Part shown: positions 21,877 to 31,900 of the stretch, in pieces
Numbering within the stretch: position 1 is the stretch's first letter
Layout of the letters: the number at the start of each line of letters is the position of its first letter
Origin: a virus
Virus record (IMG/VR): IMGVR_UViG_3300047323_000675
Length of the DNA stretch: 64,000 nt
Direction: 5' to 3' (one strand)
The notes under the pieces: model-generated
Told to the model about the DNA's origin: nothing
What the model saw: only the letters and a program-made list of their open reading frames with translations
Database searches by the model: none
Made by a program: the position numbers and the translations under genes

Positions 21877-22454
21877 ATTTTTATCTTTTTTACTAACACA
21901 TTATCACTATTCAACTCATCCTTTAATTCATCTACTAAATTGATTCTTTTTTGATAAATGTAAATAGCATTCTTTCTTTCTGTTTTATCTTCAATTTCTG
22001 CCCAATAAGGAATTAAAACTTTTGAACCTACAAATGTATTATGAACATATTCTAAACTATATGGATTCCATTTTGACAAATTTTGCTCAAACTTAGATTC
22101 AGAAAATAAATATGCCATGCGCTCAACATTACATACATTCCATTTAGAAATATCATTATTAAAATTAGCTCCTTGAAACATATAACTCATCATGCTTAAA
22201 TTAGATGTGTCCCAATTACTAATATCTCCATTAAACTTTGAATTTGAAAACATATAAGCCATATCTACAACGCCGGATACATCCCAATTACTAATATTTC
22301 CATTAAAATTTGAGCCTGAAAATAAACTATTCATATCCATAATTTTTGAAACATTAATATGATTTAAATCACATTCATTACCATTTAACTCCATCTCTTT
22401 TTTAATTAATTCTTTTAAATGATTTTTATCTTTAGCTATAATTTTATTTTTCAT
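21873..22454 (-). CDS. DUF285/BspA-like repeat protein with shared tag (4 units)
   Basis: Array architecture; ends LVKKIKI. Confidence 0.88.
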   Translation of the reverse strand: MKNKIIAKDKNHLKELIKKEMELNGNECDLNHINVSKIMDMNSLFSGSNFNGNISNWDVSGVVDMAYMFSNSKFNGDISNWDTSNLSMMSYMFQGANFNNDISKWNVCNVERMAYLFSESKFEQNLSKWNPYSLEYVHNTFVGSKVLIPYWAEIEDKTERKNAIYIYQKRINLVDELKDELNSDNVLVKKIKI

Positions 22455-22951
22455 ATTTTAATTTTCTTACTCACTTGCTGATTATTATCACCCAACTCCC
22501 CATCTAATTCCTGGCTTAAACAATAAGCATCAATAGCTTTATTTCTTTCATTTTGATTATCAATTTCAACCCAATAAGGAATTGAACATTTTGAATTATA
22601 AAAGCCATCTTGTATATCTCTTAAATTGTATGGTGTCCAACTAGAAAGATTTTTTGAAAAAATAGAATCTTGAAATATGCCAAACATGTATTCTACATTA
22701 GACACATCCCATTGGGAAATATCTCCGTCAAATTGCGAATTAGCAAACATATTAACCATTGTTATTACATTACTCACATTCCATTTAGAGATATCCCCAT
22801 TAAAATTTGACTCATAAAAAACTTTATTCATATCCTCAATATTGGATACATCTATATGATTAAGATCACATTCGTTTCCATTTTTTTTAATTTCTTTTTT
22901 AATTAACGCAATTAAATGATATTTACTTTTAACAATAACTGTAGGTTTCAT
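22451..22951 (-). CDS. DUF285/BspA-like repeat protein with shared tag (3 units)
   Basis: Array architecture; ends VSKKIKI. Confidence 0.88.
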   Translation of the reverse strand: MKPTVIVKSKYHLIALIKKEIKKNGNECDLNHIDVSNIEDMNKVFYESNFNGDISKWNVSNVITMVNMFANSQFDGDISQWDVSNVEYMFGIFQDSIFSKNLSSWTPYNLRDIQDGFYNSKCSIPYWVEIDNQNERNKAIDAYCLSQELDGELGDNNQQVSKKIKI

Positions 22952-23589
22952 ATTTTTACTTTTTTAGTTGGTGATTGAATATTATCTAATTCATGAATTA
23001 ATTCTTTATTTAAATAATAAAGTTTAATGGCTTTTTCTCTTAATTTAGCGTCCTCAAACTCAAACCAATAGGGAATTAATGCATTGCAATTATCAAAAGC
23101 ATTATTAACATAATTTAATTTATATGGTTTCCAATTTGTAAGATCTCCAGTAAATTTAGACCATTTGAACATTTCACTAATAATTTCAACTTTAGATACA
23201 TCCCAATTGGATATGTTGCCATTGAATTCAGAATATTCAAACATTTCAAACATATCTCGCACTTGGGAAACATTCCATTTGCTTATGTCTCCATTAAATT
23301 TAGATCTAGCAAACATACCACTCATATCTTCAACTTGTGAAACATTCCATTTACTAATATCACCATTGAAATTTGAACCAGCAAACATTGAACTCATGCT
23401 TTCTACTTTAGAAACATTCCATTTGCTTATGTCTCCATTAAATTCAGAGTCTTCAAATAATTTATTCATATCATCTATATTAGACACATCAATATGATTT
23501 AAATCACATTCTTTACCATTCAATTGTATTTCATGTTGAATTAACTCTTTTAAATGAGTTTTATCTTTAACTATAACTGTAGGTTTCAT
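22948..23589 (-). CDS. DUF285/BspA-like repeat protein with shared tag (5 units)
   Basis: Array architecture; ends [14 protein letters not shown]. Confidence 0.88.
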   Translation of the reverse strand: MKPTVIVKDKTHLKELIQHEIQLNGKECDLNHIDVSNIDDMNKLFEDSEFNGDISKWNVSKVESMSSMFAGSNFNGDISKWNVSQVEDMSGMFARSKFNGDISKWNVSQVRDMFEMFEYSEFNGNISNWDVSKVEIISEMFKWSKFTGDLTNWKPYKLNYVNNAFDNCNALIPYWFEFEDAKLREKAIKLYYLNKELIHELDNIQSPTKKVKI

Positions 23590-24227
23590 ATTTTTATTTT
23601 TTTAGTTGGTGATTGAATATTATCCAATTCTAAATTTAATTCTTGACTTAAATGATAGGCATCAATAGCTTTTTTTCTTTCGTCTTTATCCTCATAATTA
23701 GCCCAATATGGAATAGGGGCAGGACATTTCTCAAATATTGAATCAAAGTCTCTTAAATTATATGGTTTCCAGTTTTTTAAATCGCCCGTAAATTTGGAAA
23801 ACTGAAATAAATTTATAGCACATATAACATTAGAAACATCCCAATTAGAAATGTCTTTATTAAATGTGGAAAAAGCAAACATTTTATTCATATTCTCAAC
23901 ATTTGATGTATTCCATTTAGATATATCATTATTAAGGTCAGATAATGCAAATATTTCTTCCATATTTTTAACATTAGAAATATTCCAATTACTTATATCA
24001 CCATTAAATTTAGCACCGTAAAACATGCACTTCATATTCTCAACATTTGAAACATTCCATTTACTAATATCACCATTAAACTTTGAATTACAAAATAAAA
24101 AACTCATATCGGTAATATTGCATACATCAATATGATTCAAATCACATTCATTACCATTCAATAATATTTCTTGTCCAATTAGGTCTTTTAAATGATCTTT
24201 ATCTTTAGCTATAATTTTGGGATTCAT
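23586..24227 (-). CDS. DUF285/BspA-like repeat protein with shared tag (5 units)
   Basis: Array architecture; ends [14 protein letters not shown]. Confidence 0.88.
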   Translation of the reverse strand: MNPKIIAKDKDHLKDLIGQEILLNGNECDLNHIDVCNITDMSFLFCNSKFNGDISKWNVSNVENMKCMFYGAKFNGDISNWNISNVKNMEEIFALSDLNNDISKWNTSNVENMNKMFAFSTFNKDISNWDVSNVICAINLFQFSKFTGDLKNWKPYNLRDFDSIFEKCPAPIPYWANYEDKDERKKAIDAYHLSQELNLELDNIQSPTKKIKI

Positions 24228-24865
24228 ATTTTTACTTTTTTAATTGGTGATTGAATATTATCTAATTCATGGATTAATTCTTTTTGTAACCAATATGATT
24301 GAATAGCTCTTTTTCTTTCTTCATGATTATTAATTTTTGCCCAATATGTAATTGGTGCTTTACAATTCTGAAACATATCATCTACCTCCAATAATGAATA
24401 TGGTTTCCAATGAGATAAGTCATTTATAAATTTAGAGCTATTAAACATATTTTTCATGTATTTAACATTTGATATATCCCATTTTGAAATATCACCATTA
24501 AATGGTGAATCAAAAAACATCCACTCCATATTGTTTACTTTAGATACATCCCAATTGGAGATATCTCCATTAAATTTAGATGAATAAAATACACTATACA
24601 TATTAATAACACTTGATACATTCCATTTTGATATATCCCCATTAAAAGATGAACTATGAAACATCCACTCCATATTGTTTACTTTAGATACATTCCAATT
24701 TGAAATATTACCGTTAAATTTAGAACGAAAAAATAGTTGACTCATATCAGTAATATTGGAAACATCAATATGATTTAAATCACATTCATTCCCATTTAAT
24801 TCAATTTCTTCTTTAATTAATTCTTTTAAATGTTCTTTATCTTTAGCTATTATTGTAGATTTCAT
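24224..24865 (-). CDS. DUF285/BspA-like repeat protein with shared tag (5 units)
   Basis: Array architecture; ends [14 protein letters not shown]; internal exact 35-nt repeat at 24515/24659 (144 bp apart). Confidence 0.88.
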   Translation of the reverse strand: MKSTIIAKDKEHLKELIKEEIELNGNECDLNHIDVSNITDMSQLFFRSKFNGNISNWNVSKVNNMEWMFHSSSFNGDISKWNVSSVINMYSVFYSSKFNGDISNWDVSKVNNMEWMFFDSPFNGDISKWDISNVKYMKNMFNSSKFINDLSHWKPYSLLEVDDMFQNCKAPITYWAKINNHEERKRAIQSYWLQKELIHELDNIQSPIKKVKI

Positions 24866-24889
24866 AATAAATAATTATTTTTTAATATA

Positions 24890-24917
24890 ATTATATAAAA
24901 CATTTATTTATTTACAA
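24890..24917 (-). promoter_or_regulatory. Putative promoter of the terminator-promoter module, copy 2
   Basis: TTGTAA, 16 bp, TATAAT; near-identical to 19751-19778. Confidence 0.55.
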
Positions 24918-24920
24918 AAT

Positions 24921-24942
24921 AAAAAACGGCATCTCTGCCGTT
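24921..24942 (-). terminator. Intrinsic terminator (AACGGC/GCCGTT family)
   Basis: AACGGCA-GAGA-TGCCGTTTTTT on the minus strand after the 24949 stop. Confidence 0.8.
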
Positions 24943-24948
24943 CTTAAT

Positions 24949-25530
24949 TTATACTTTCAGTTTTTTTTGAGAGCTATTATTAATGGATAGTTCTTTATTC
25001 AATTGTTTAGCTAATTTTTTCTTTTCATGATAATGGTCAATTGCTAGTCGTCTTTCTTTTAAATCATCATAATTAGCCCAATAAGGAGTTTTTACTAAAG
25101 AATTTTTAAAATTATTAGGGTTAGAACATAGTTTGTATGCTTTCCAATTAGAAATATCTTTATTAAAACCGCAGTTATAAAACATATTATACACTATCTC
25201 AACATTCTGAACATTCCATTTAGATATATCCTGATTAAATGGGGATTCCATGAATATTCCATCCATTGTTTTAACATTGGAAACATTCCATTTACTTATA
25301 TTTCCATTAAAGTTAGAGTATGCAAACATACTATTCATATTTTCAACTTTAGATGTATTCCACTTTGATATATCACCATTGAATTGAATATTAAAAAATA
25401 ATCTATTCATAGTTGTAATGTTTGACACATCTATATGATTTAAATCGCATTCAAATCCATTTAGTCTGATTTCTTTTTTGATTAAATCCTTCAAATGTTT
25501 TCTATCTCTAGGTATAATTTTAGTTTTCAT
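24949..25530 (-). CDS. DUF285/BspA-like repeat protein with shared tag (4 units)
   Basis: Array architecture; ends SQKKLKV; starts 5 bp after the endonuclease stop. Confidence 0.88.
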   Translation of the reverse strand: MKTKIIPRDRKHLKDLIKKEIRLNGFECDLNHIDVSNITTMNRLFFNIQFNGDISKWNTSKVENMNSMFAYSNFNGNISKWNVSNVKTMDGIFMESPFNQDISKWNVQNVEIVYNMFYNCGFNKDISNWKAYKLCSNPNNFKNSLVKTPYWANYDDLKERRLAIDHYHEKKKLAKQLNKELSINNSSQKKLKV

Positions 25531-25535
25531 AATAT

Positions 25536-27092
25536 TTAAAATATCCCTGTTTTACTTCTTTGAATTTGTCTTAAAGAGAGTTCAAGTTCATCACCATTTT
25601 CTTTTTTCCAAAGAAGTTTTTCATTCACATTTTTATAGTCTGTAGACAGTAATTCTAAACCATATTTTTTACCTTCTTCACGACAGAATTCAACAGTGAT
25701 ACTAGTTTTTGGTTTTGGATCATTCTTTCTACTTCTTTGAAGTTGTCTTAAATAGAGTTCGACTTCATTCCCATTTTCGTCTTTCCACAATAATGGTGTA
25801 TTTACATTAACATATTCAGTGGATAATAATTCTAAACCAAATTCTTTACCTTTTGCCTTGCAATATTCAATATCAATTCCTTTTGTATTGCTTTGCTTAA
25901 TTAGTTTTCTACGCTGAAGTTTTCTAAATGGTAAATTAATAGTATTGCCATCAGAATCCTTCCACTCTAAATCAGTATGTACATTAATATAATCAGTAGA
26001 TAATAATTCTAAACCATGCTTTTTACCTTCTTCACGACAATATGCTAAATCAATAACTGTATTAGCCTTGCCAGCTTGTTCGTAGCAGGTTATGCAAGGA
26101 ATGTCACGACCTTTTTTGTTTTCAGCATTACGCTTAAATTCGGCCACAGTAGTTTTGTAATTATGACCTTCAGGGCAGCACATAGTGATTTCATCTTCAT
26201 ATGTATGAAAATCAGTTGTTAGACATGAATAACCTTTAATGGGAGATTCATTTTGAAGATAGTCTATAAATTTTTTAACATTCAATGTTAAACCATCAAA
26301 TTTTAAATTATCAAAATGAATATTATTTTCATTAAAATTTATATTAGGATAGTCCAATGGATTAATGTTTTTTTTAATTTGGTCAACTACATTATTAATG
26401 AACTTTTTTTCTGCATATTTTGGTGGTTGATGAATTTCAATTAATTTTATACCTAAATTTTCACAAATTTCTTTTTTTAATTTATCTCTTTCAACTTGTG
26501 CATAATACTCATCACCAAATTGTGTATTTGAACTAGTATGCTGTTTACCTTGGAATTCAAAAGCAAGATTTAAATCTTGATTGTATCCATCTAATTCTAA
26601 ATTAGTATTAGTTTTAGGATTTTTTAACCAATTTGGACGAATCGATTTGAATTCAACATTAAAAATTTGATGAAAGATTTCACGAGTTCGCTCTTGTCCT
26701 AAATATAGAGTTGCATTACATTTAGGGCAGGATAGATTTTTGAAATGACCACTCTCTACTTCAAAATCATGATTTTGATCGCACCTGACTTTGTAAACTC
26801 CAATTGTACGATTTTCTTTGCGTTCAACATTTTTTCGATAAGAATCAATAATTTTAAAATTTTCAGGTAAATACTTTAAAGCAGTATTTAATGAGATTTC
26901 ACTTCTATCTTTATCACGACAAAATTTACATCCTTTTGACTTCCTATCTAGTCTTGAAACTACAGTGTCTAATCTTGTATATATTTCGTGTCCATTAGGA
27001 CAAGTAAAATCATACTCTTTATTTAATGCTAAATTATTGCTTGAATAATGAATCTTAAATCCATGTTGTTCTAATTTTTGTTTATAAAACAT
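25536..27092 (-). CDS. Zinc-ribbon-repeat protein with PD-(D/E)xK/Vsr-like endonuclease domain and three 59-aa C-terminal repeats
   Basis: CPNGH...CKFC, CDQNH...CPKC, CPEGH...CITC modules; [20 protein letters not shown] nuclease-like motif; three [YF]C...G...GLELLST.Y.NV...L.WK...G repeats at 177-bp period; GGAG Shine-Dalgarno. Confidence 0.7.
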   Translation of the reverse strand: MFYKQKLEQHGFKIHYSSNNLALNKEYDFTCPNGHEIYTRLDTVVSRLDRKSKGCKFCRDKDRSEISLNTALKYLPENFKIIDSYRKNVERKENRTIGVYKVRCDQNHDFEVESGHFKNLSCPKCNATLYLGQERTREIFHQIFNVEFKSIRPNWLKNPKTNTNLELDGYNQDLNLAFEFQGKQHTSSNTQFGDEYYAQVERDKLKKEICENLGIKLIEIHQPPKYAEKKFINNVVDQIKKNINPLDYPNINFNENNIHFDNLKFDGLTLNVKKFIDYLQNESPIKGYSCLTTDFHTYEDEITMCCPEGHNYKTTVAEFKRNAENKKGRDIPCITCYEQAGKANTVIDLAYCREEGKKHGLELLSTDYINVHTDLEWKDSDGNTINLPFRKLQRRKLIKQSNTKGIDIEYCKAKGKEFGLELLSTEYVNVNTPLLWKDENGNEVELYLRQLQRSRKNDPKPKTSITVEFCREEGKKYGLELLSTDYKNVNEKLLWKKENGDELELSLRQIQRSKTGIF

Positions 27093-27112
27093 ATAATCTC
27101 CAATTTTAAAAG

Positions 27113-27141
27113 ATTATATAAAAATTACATCAATAAGTCAA
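27113..27141 (-). promoter_or_regulatory. Sigma70-type promoter of the endonuclease gene
   Basis: TTGACT, 17 bp, TATAAT on the minus strand. Confidence 0.65.
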
Positions 27142-27174
27142 TTAATTTTCATCGCCAATAACTTTTTTATATAT

Positions 27175-27202
27175 AAAAAAAAACGGCATTCTGCCGTTTT
27201 TT
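27175..27202 (-). terminator. Intrinsic terminator after the Cys/His-rich precursor gene
   Basis: AAAAAACGGCA-GAA-TGCCGTTTTTTTTT on the minus strand. Confidence 0.85.
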
Positions 27203-27219
27203 CCTTTTAAATCAATGAC

Positions 27220-27714
27220 TTACCTCCAGCCTCGGCTACCGTGGCAAGCCCCATGACAGGCAGTATGACAAACGGCATGGCACTGTTTCGCCTTCGGATT
27301 TCCTGTAGGTACAGTACGAGATATACCATTAAGAGTTAAACATGATGAATCACTACTTTTAGGGTCACAAGCATCAGTTGCGCCTAAATTTAATTCTTCA
27401 AAAACCTGCTGCTTAATCACTGTATCATTTTTTGCATAATTTTCAGCAATAATATTAATGCTATCTGCAATTTGCATAATAGGTGTTTTCTTAGTCAGCA
27501 TAGCTTCAACTTGAACTTTAATATCATTTTTGACTAATATTTGTTCCTCAGTTAATTTTTCTGAGCCATTTACTACATGTTTGAAATCAATGTATTTGCC
27601 TTCTGCCTGGTTTCCTTGAACTACTTCACCTTCATTAGCTAAAGTTGGAGCAGCAGCTAATGCTGACACAGAAGCTGTGAGCAAGGACATTAAAATTTTA
27701 TTTTGGTTTTTCAT
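27220..27714 (-). CDS. Exported protein with C-terminal (Cys-His-x-x)4 tail; candidate radical SAM-modified precursor
   Basis: Sec-type leader MKNQNKILMSLLTASVSALAAAPTLA; ends CHAVCHTACHGACHGSRGWR; strong AGGAG Shine-Dalgarno; 62 bp downstream of co-oriented rSAM-2. Confidence 0.8.
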   Translation of the reverse strand: MKNQNKILMSLLTASVSALAAAPTLANEGEVVQGNQAEGKYIDFKHVVNGSEKLTEEQILVKNDIKVQVEAMLTKKTPIMQIADSINIIAENYAKNDTVIKQQVFEELNLGATDACDPKSSDSSCLTLNGISRTVPTGNPKAKQCHAVCHTACHGACHGSRGWR

Positions 27715-27776
27715 AATAGCTCTCCTAATACAATTTTTATATATTATTTATTTTAAAAATCAAGACTTCATTGAGT

Positions 27777-28907
27777 TTAACAACTCTTGCCCATATACTT
27801 TGTGTATCTTGGAATTAGGCCATCTTCGTGTTTTTGTTTGACAAATTTAATGAATCGTTTAAATCCTGGGCATTCTTGATCTAAATTTGGGTCAAAGAAT
27901 TTAAACAATACTCCGCAACCTGATTTACAAATTGTGTATTCTTCGCAGGTTCTGCATATTTTTTGAGGTTTGGAAGCTTCAAAAACTTTTTTCATAAAGT
28001 TTTCAGTTGCGGTTACAGAGGAAATGCTTGTCTCAAATACATTACCAGACCATTCAGGAGTTTTTGAACCACCAGCTTCTAAGCAGGTAGCAGCATTACC
28101 ATCCCAATTAATATCTAAGCTACCTGAAATAATAGGACAAACGATATCATCTAATGGTTCATCGTTATAAACAGCACTTAACATGCTTTCAAAAGGATTG
28201 ACCCATAAATTTTTATCTATTTCTCTTTTCTCTAAATACCAATTAGCTGAGTCAATCAAGAACTGTGATGTTTCATGGAATTCGGGCATAATATTATTAA
28301 AATTACTTAATCCATCACCTTCTGGAATAAAGAATCCAAAGTGTATTTGTTTAATGCCATTTTCATAGAAATAGTCTAATAGTTTTGCAGCACCATGATT
28401 GATAACAGGTTTAGTCATGGCTGTGGTAACTCCAACCTCTATTCCTGCTGCTTGCAGCTTTTTAACATTATCTAGCCAATTTTGCTCTAATTTAGGCTTG
28501 TAATTACCCTTAATACTTACAAACCTAGAAGCTACTTCATATGATGTAGTTACTCTATCAAATAATTGGCAAATTTCTACAATATTTTCATGTAGGAGGT
28601 TAGACACAATCATTACTTCTGCTACAAAACCTGCATCTTTAACGATTTGTTTAAATTTAGGAATATTTCTTTGGAAAAATTCCAATCCTAACATTGTTGG
28701 TTCACCGCCAATAAAGTGAATTTCAGCACGCATATAATTAATTTTTTTCATATGCTCAACAATACCGTGGGCTAATGACATAATCTGTTCATCAACCATT
28801 GTTTTGCTAGAAGCTTTAACATCAGAATGAATATAACAATGGGTGCATCTTAGATTGCAGTCTCTGGTTACATTTATCTGATAAAGGAATGTTTTTTCTT
28901 TTTGCAT
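27777..28907 (-). CDS. Radical SAM/SPASM-domain protein (rSAM-2), candidate peptide maturase
   Basis: CNLRCTHC, FIGGEPTMLG; C-terminal VCP...INWDG...TC...GNV...CRTCEEYTICKSGC...EC. Confidence 0.9.
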   Translation of the reverse strand: MQKEKTFLYQINVTRDCNLRCTHCYIHSDVKASSKTMVDEQIMSLAHGIVEHMKKINYMRAEIHFIGGEPTMLGLEFFQRNIPKFKQIVKDAGFVAEVMIVSNLLHENIVEICQLFDRVTTSYEVASRFVSIKGNYKPKLEQNWLDNVKKLQAAGIEVGVTTAMTKPVINHGAAKLLDYFYENGIKQIHFGFFIPEGDGLSNFNNIMPEFHETSQFLIDSANWYLEKREIDKNLWVNPFESMLSAVYNDEPLDDIVCPIISGSLDINWDGNAATCLEAGGSKTPEWSGNVFETSISSVTATENFMKKVFEASKPQKICRTCEEYTICKSGCGVLFKFFDPNLDQECPGFKRFIKFVKQKHEDGLIPRYTKYMGKSC

Positions 28908-29014
28908 TTATTAATCTCAAATTTTCTTTACAATACAAAAACATTTAAAATTAAGCAAGTTGTAATGTAAAGCTCTTTTGCTATAATTATTAATAATGAG
29001 TATTCTCACTAAAT

Positions 29015-29596
29015 ATGACCAAATATAACTTTTATTACGATAGATTTAGAAATTTACCAATTGATAAATTAAACTCTGCTTTACATGATGCATGTAAAGA
29101 AAATGACATGGATCTTATTTCTTATTTGTTAACTTCTGATGAATTAAATAGAAATGCACAAATAAAGGAAAGTTTATTAAGTTCTATGTGTTTTTATGAC
29201 AATATCAAATTAATAGAGTATTTATTAAAATTATCAGCTAGTAAAAAAGAAAGCCAAATTGATTTACATGTAAATGCAACTGTTAAAGGTGCATGTAAAT
29301 ATGGGAAAATGGAAATTATAAAATACCTCTTTGATTCTTCTGAATTTAAGGAACATATTGATTTACACTTTAATGATGATAAAGCATTTATAGAAGCTTT
29401 AATAAGTGAAAATATAGAAATATTAAAATATTTAATTGTTGAGCAAAATTTAGATAAAAATGAGAGAATAGAATATGCTTTATCAAAATTGCCAAATGAA
29501 TATATTGAAAAACTATTTGAATCAAAAGTGTTAAACCAAGAGTTAAGTCGTGAGTTAAATAAAAATGAAGTTAATGTTAGAAAAAATAAAATATGA
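29015..29596 (+). CDS. Ankyrin-like repeat protein with shared tag
   Basis: AC....D.ISYLLTS / GACKYGKMEIIKYL units; ends NVRKNKI; ATGA-coupled to a DUF285 gene. Confidence 0.82.
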   Translation: MTKYNFYYDRFRNLPIDKLNSALHDACKENDMDLISYLLTSDELNRNAQIKESLLSSMCFYDNIKLIEYLLKLSASKKESQIDLHVNATVKGACKYGKMEIIKYLFDSSEFKEHIDLHFNDDKAFIEALISENIEILKYLIVEQNLDKNERIEYALSKLPNEYIEKLFESKVLNQELSRELNKNEVNVRKNKI

Positions 29597-30252
29597 AACC
29601 TAAAATAGTTGTTAGAAATAGAAATCATTTAATGAAATTAATTTATGATGAGATTCAGTTAAATGGTTTGGAATGTAATTTAAATCATTTTGGCACAAGC
29701 AATTTAACCAATATGTCGAATATATTTTATATTTATCATCAATTTAATGGTGATATTTCAGAATGGAACACATCAAAAGTTGAAAATATGAGTGGAATTT
29801 TTAATGGTTCAAAGTTTGATGGAGATATTAGTAAATGGAATACATCAAAGGTTGATAATATGATGTTTATGTTTTCAAAGTCTAAATTCAATGGCGATAT
29901 TTCTAAATGGGATACATCTAGTGTTACATATATGACTAGTATGTTTGAAGAATCGCAGTTTAACAATGATATATCAAATTGGGATGTTTCAAATTTATTA
30001 GATATGCAATTTATGTTCAAGTCTTCTCAATTCAATAGAGATTTATCGGATTGGAAACCTTATTCCTTAACTCAAATTGAGGATGCTTTTTATAATTGCA
30101 GAGGATTAAATGAACCATATTGGGCACTAGTAGAAAATCCGAAAGAAAGAAAAGCTCTTATTACAAGTTATTTAGAAAAAAAAGAATTAAAAAAAGAATT
30201 AATTAATGAGTTAAATGAAAACCAAAACCAACCTAAAAAATTAAAAATATGA
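29593..30252 (+). CDS. DUF285/BspA-like repeat protein with shared tag (5 units)
   Basis: Array architecture; ends QPKKLKI. Confidence 0.88.
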   Translation: MKPKIVVRNRNHLMKLIYDEIQLNGLECNLNHFGTSNLTNMSNIFYIYHQFNGDISEWNTSKVENMSGIFNGSKFDGDISKWNTSKVDNMMFMFSKSKFNGDISKWDTSSVTYMTSMFEESQFNNDISNWDVSNLLDMQFMFKSSQFNRDLSDWKPYSLTQIEDAFYNCRGLNEPYWALVENPKERKALITSYLEKKELKKELINELNENQNQPKKLKI

Positions 30253-30758
30253 AACCTAAAATTATAGCCAATGATGTCAGGCATTTAAGAAAAATAATCA
30301 AACATGAAATGGAAATAAATGGTAAAAATTGTGATTTAAACCATATTGATGTTTCGGAAGTTACCGATATGCAAGGATTATTTGCTGATTTAGAATTTAA
30401 TGGAGATATCAGTCAATGGGATGTTTCTAGTGTTAAAGATATGAATTATATGTTTCATGCATCTATTTTTAATGGTGATATCTCTAAATGGAATGTAAGT
30501 AAAGTTGAAAATATGGATCATATGTTTTCTAAATCTAAATTTTTAGGAAATATAGAAGAATGGACTCCCTATAAGTTAACATTAATTCACCCCATAAGAT
30601 TATTTGGCACTTGTTTACCGCCAGTTATTATTCCATATTGGGCTAATTATAAAGATGTTGAATCAAGAGTAATAGCTATTAATGCTTATCAGTTAAAAAA
30701 TGGATTAGAAGAAGAATTGAGTAGCAATAACATTATTCCTAAAAGAAATAAATTATGA
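30249..30758 (+). CDS. DUF285/BspA-like repeat protein with shared tag (3 units)
   Basis: Array architecture; ends IPKRNKL. Confidence 0.88.
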   Translation: MKPKIIANDVRHLRKIIKHEMEINGKNCDLNHIDVSEVTDMQGLFADLEFNGDISQWDVSSVKDMNYMFHASIFNGDISKWNVSKVENMDHMFSKSKFLGNIEEWTPYKLTLIHPIRLFGTCLPPVIIPYWANYKDVESRVIAINAYQLKNGLEEELSSNNIIPKRNKL

Positions 30759-31900
30759 AACCTAAAATTATTGCCAAAGATAAAAAACATTTAAAAAAAT
30801 TAATTGCAGAAGAAATTAAATTAAATGGAAATGAATGTGATTTGAACCATATTGATGTATCTAATATAGCTGACATAAGTAATTTATTTTCAAAATCAAA
30901 ATTTAATGGTGACATTAGCAAGTGGAATGTCTCAAATGTTAGAAATATGGTGTCAGTGTTTGATAGATCAATTTTTAATGGAGATATTTCTAAATGGAAC
31001 ACATCTAGAGTTGAGAATATGAAAGGTATGTTTTATGACTCCCTTTTTGATGGAAACATATCAAAATGGAATGTTAAAAAAGTAACTAATATGAATAATA
31101 TGTTTTATTTATCTAAATTCAATAATGATATATCAAAATGGGATGTAAGTAGCGTGATATCAATGAATGAAATGTTTGCAGGTTCAAAATTTAATAGAGA
31201 TATTTCTAAATGGAATACTTCAAGTTTAATTATTATGTCTGGTATGTTTTATGGTTCAAAATTTAATAAAGACATATCTAAATGGAATACATCAAATGTA
31301 AAAAATATGACAAGTATGTTTAATAAGTCTCAGTTTAATAACGATATATCTAATTGGATTGTGTCCAATGTTAAGGATATGAGTTGGATGTTCTACGAGT
31401 CTAAATTTAATTCGGATATTTCTAAGTGGGATGTCTCCAAGGTGGAAAATATGTATGGAATATTTTCAAAATCAAAATTTAATGGTGACATTAGCAAGTG
31501 GAATGTCTCAAATGTTAAAAATATGTATGGAATGTTTTCTTATTCTGTATTTAATGGAGATATCAGTAATTGGAATGTAAGTAATGTTGAAACAATGGAC
31601 TATATGTTTAGGGAATCTAAATTTAATGGAAACATTTCTATGTGGGATGTTTCTAGTGTAAATAATATGGATTGGATGTTTAGTTATTCTGTATTTGAAG
31701 GTAATTTACTAGATTGGAAACCATATAAACTAGAAAAAAATGAAGGAATATTTTGCGAAGCAATAGCTGTTATTCCATATTGGGCTAATTATAAAGATGT
31801 GGAATCAAGAGTAATAGCTATTAATGCCTATCAATTACAAAAAGAATTAGAGGAAGAATTAAATCAAAATAGTATTACTCCTAAAAGAAATAAATTATGA
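30755..31900 (+). CDS. DUF285/BspA-like repeat protein with shared tag (12 units, longest)
   Basis: Array architecture; ends TPKRNKL. Confidence 0.88.
   Translation: MKPKIIAKDKKHLKKLIAEEIKLNGNECDLNHIDVSNIADISNLFSKSKFNGDISKWNVSNVRNMVSVFDRSIFNGDISKWNTSRVENMKGMFYDSLFDGNISKWNVKKVTNMNNMFYLSKFNNDISKWDVSSVISMNEMFAGSKFNRDISKWNTSSLIIMSGMFYGSKFNKDISKWNTSNVKNMTSMFNKSQFNNDISNWIVSNVKDMSWMFYESKFNSDISKWDVSKVENMYGIFSKSKFNGDISKWNVSNVKNMYGMFSYSVFNGDISNWNVSNVETMDYMFRESKFNGNISMWDVSSVNNMDWMFSYSVFEGNLLDWKPYKLEKNEGIFCEAIAVIPYWANYKDVESRVIAINAYQLQKELEEELNQNSITPKRNKL
30885..31517 (+). repeat. Intragenic exact 57-nt direct repeat (30885-30941 and 31461-31517)
   Basis: Copies are 576 bp apart, exactly 8 x the 72-bp unit. 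Confidence 0.9.

Noticed and set aside
7116..31002. Numerous 60-110 aa ORFs antisense to DUF285 genes (e.g. 7116, 8464, 11050, 14405, 14934, 16183, 18793, 23165, 29739)
   Set aside because: Shadow frames of the 72-bp repeat (recurring [11 protein letters not shown] is the reverse complement of [11 protein letters not shown]); no RBS or independent context.
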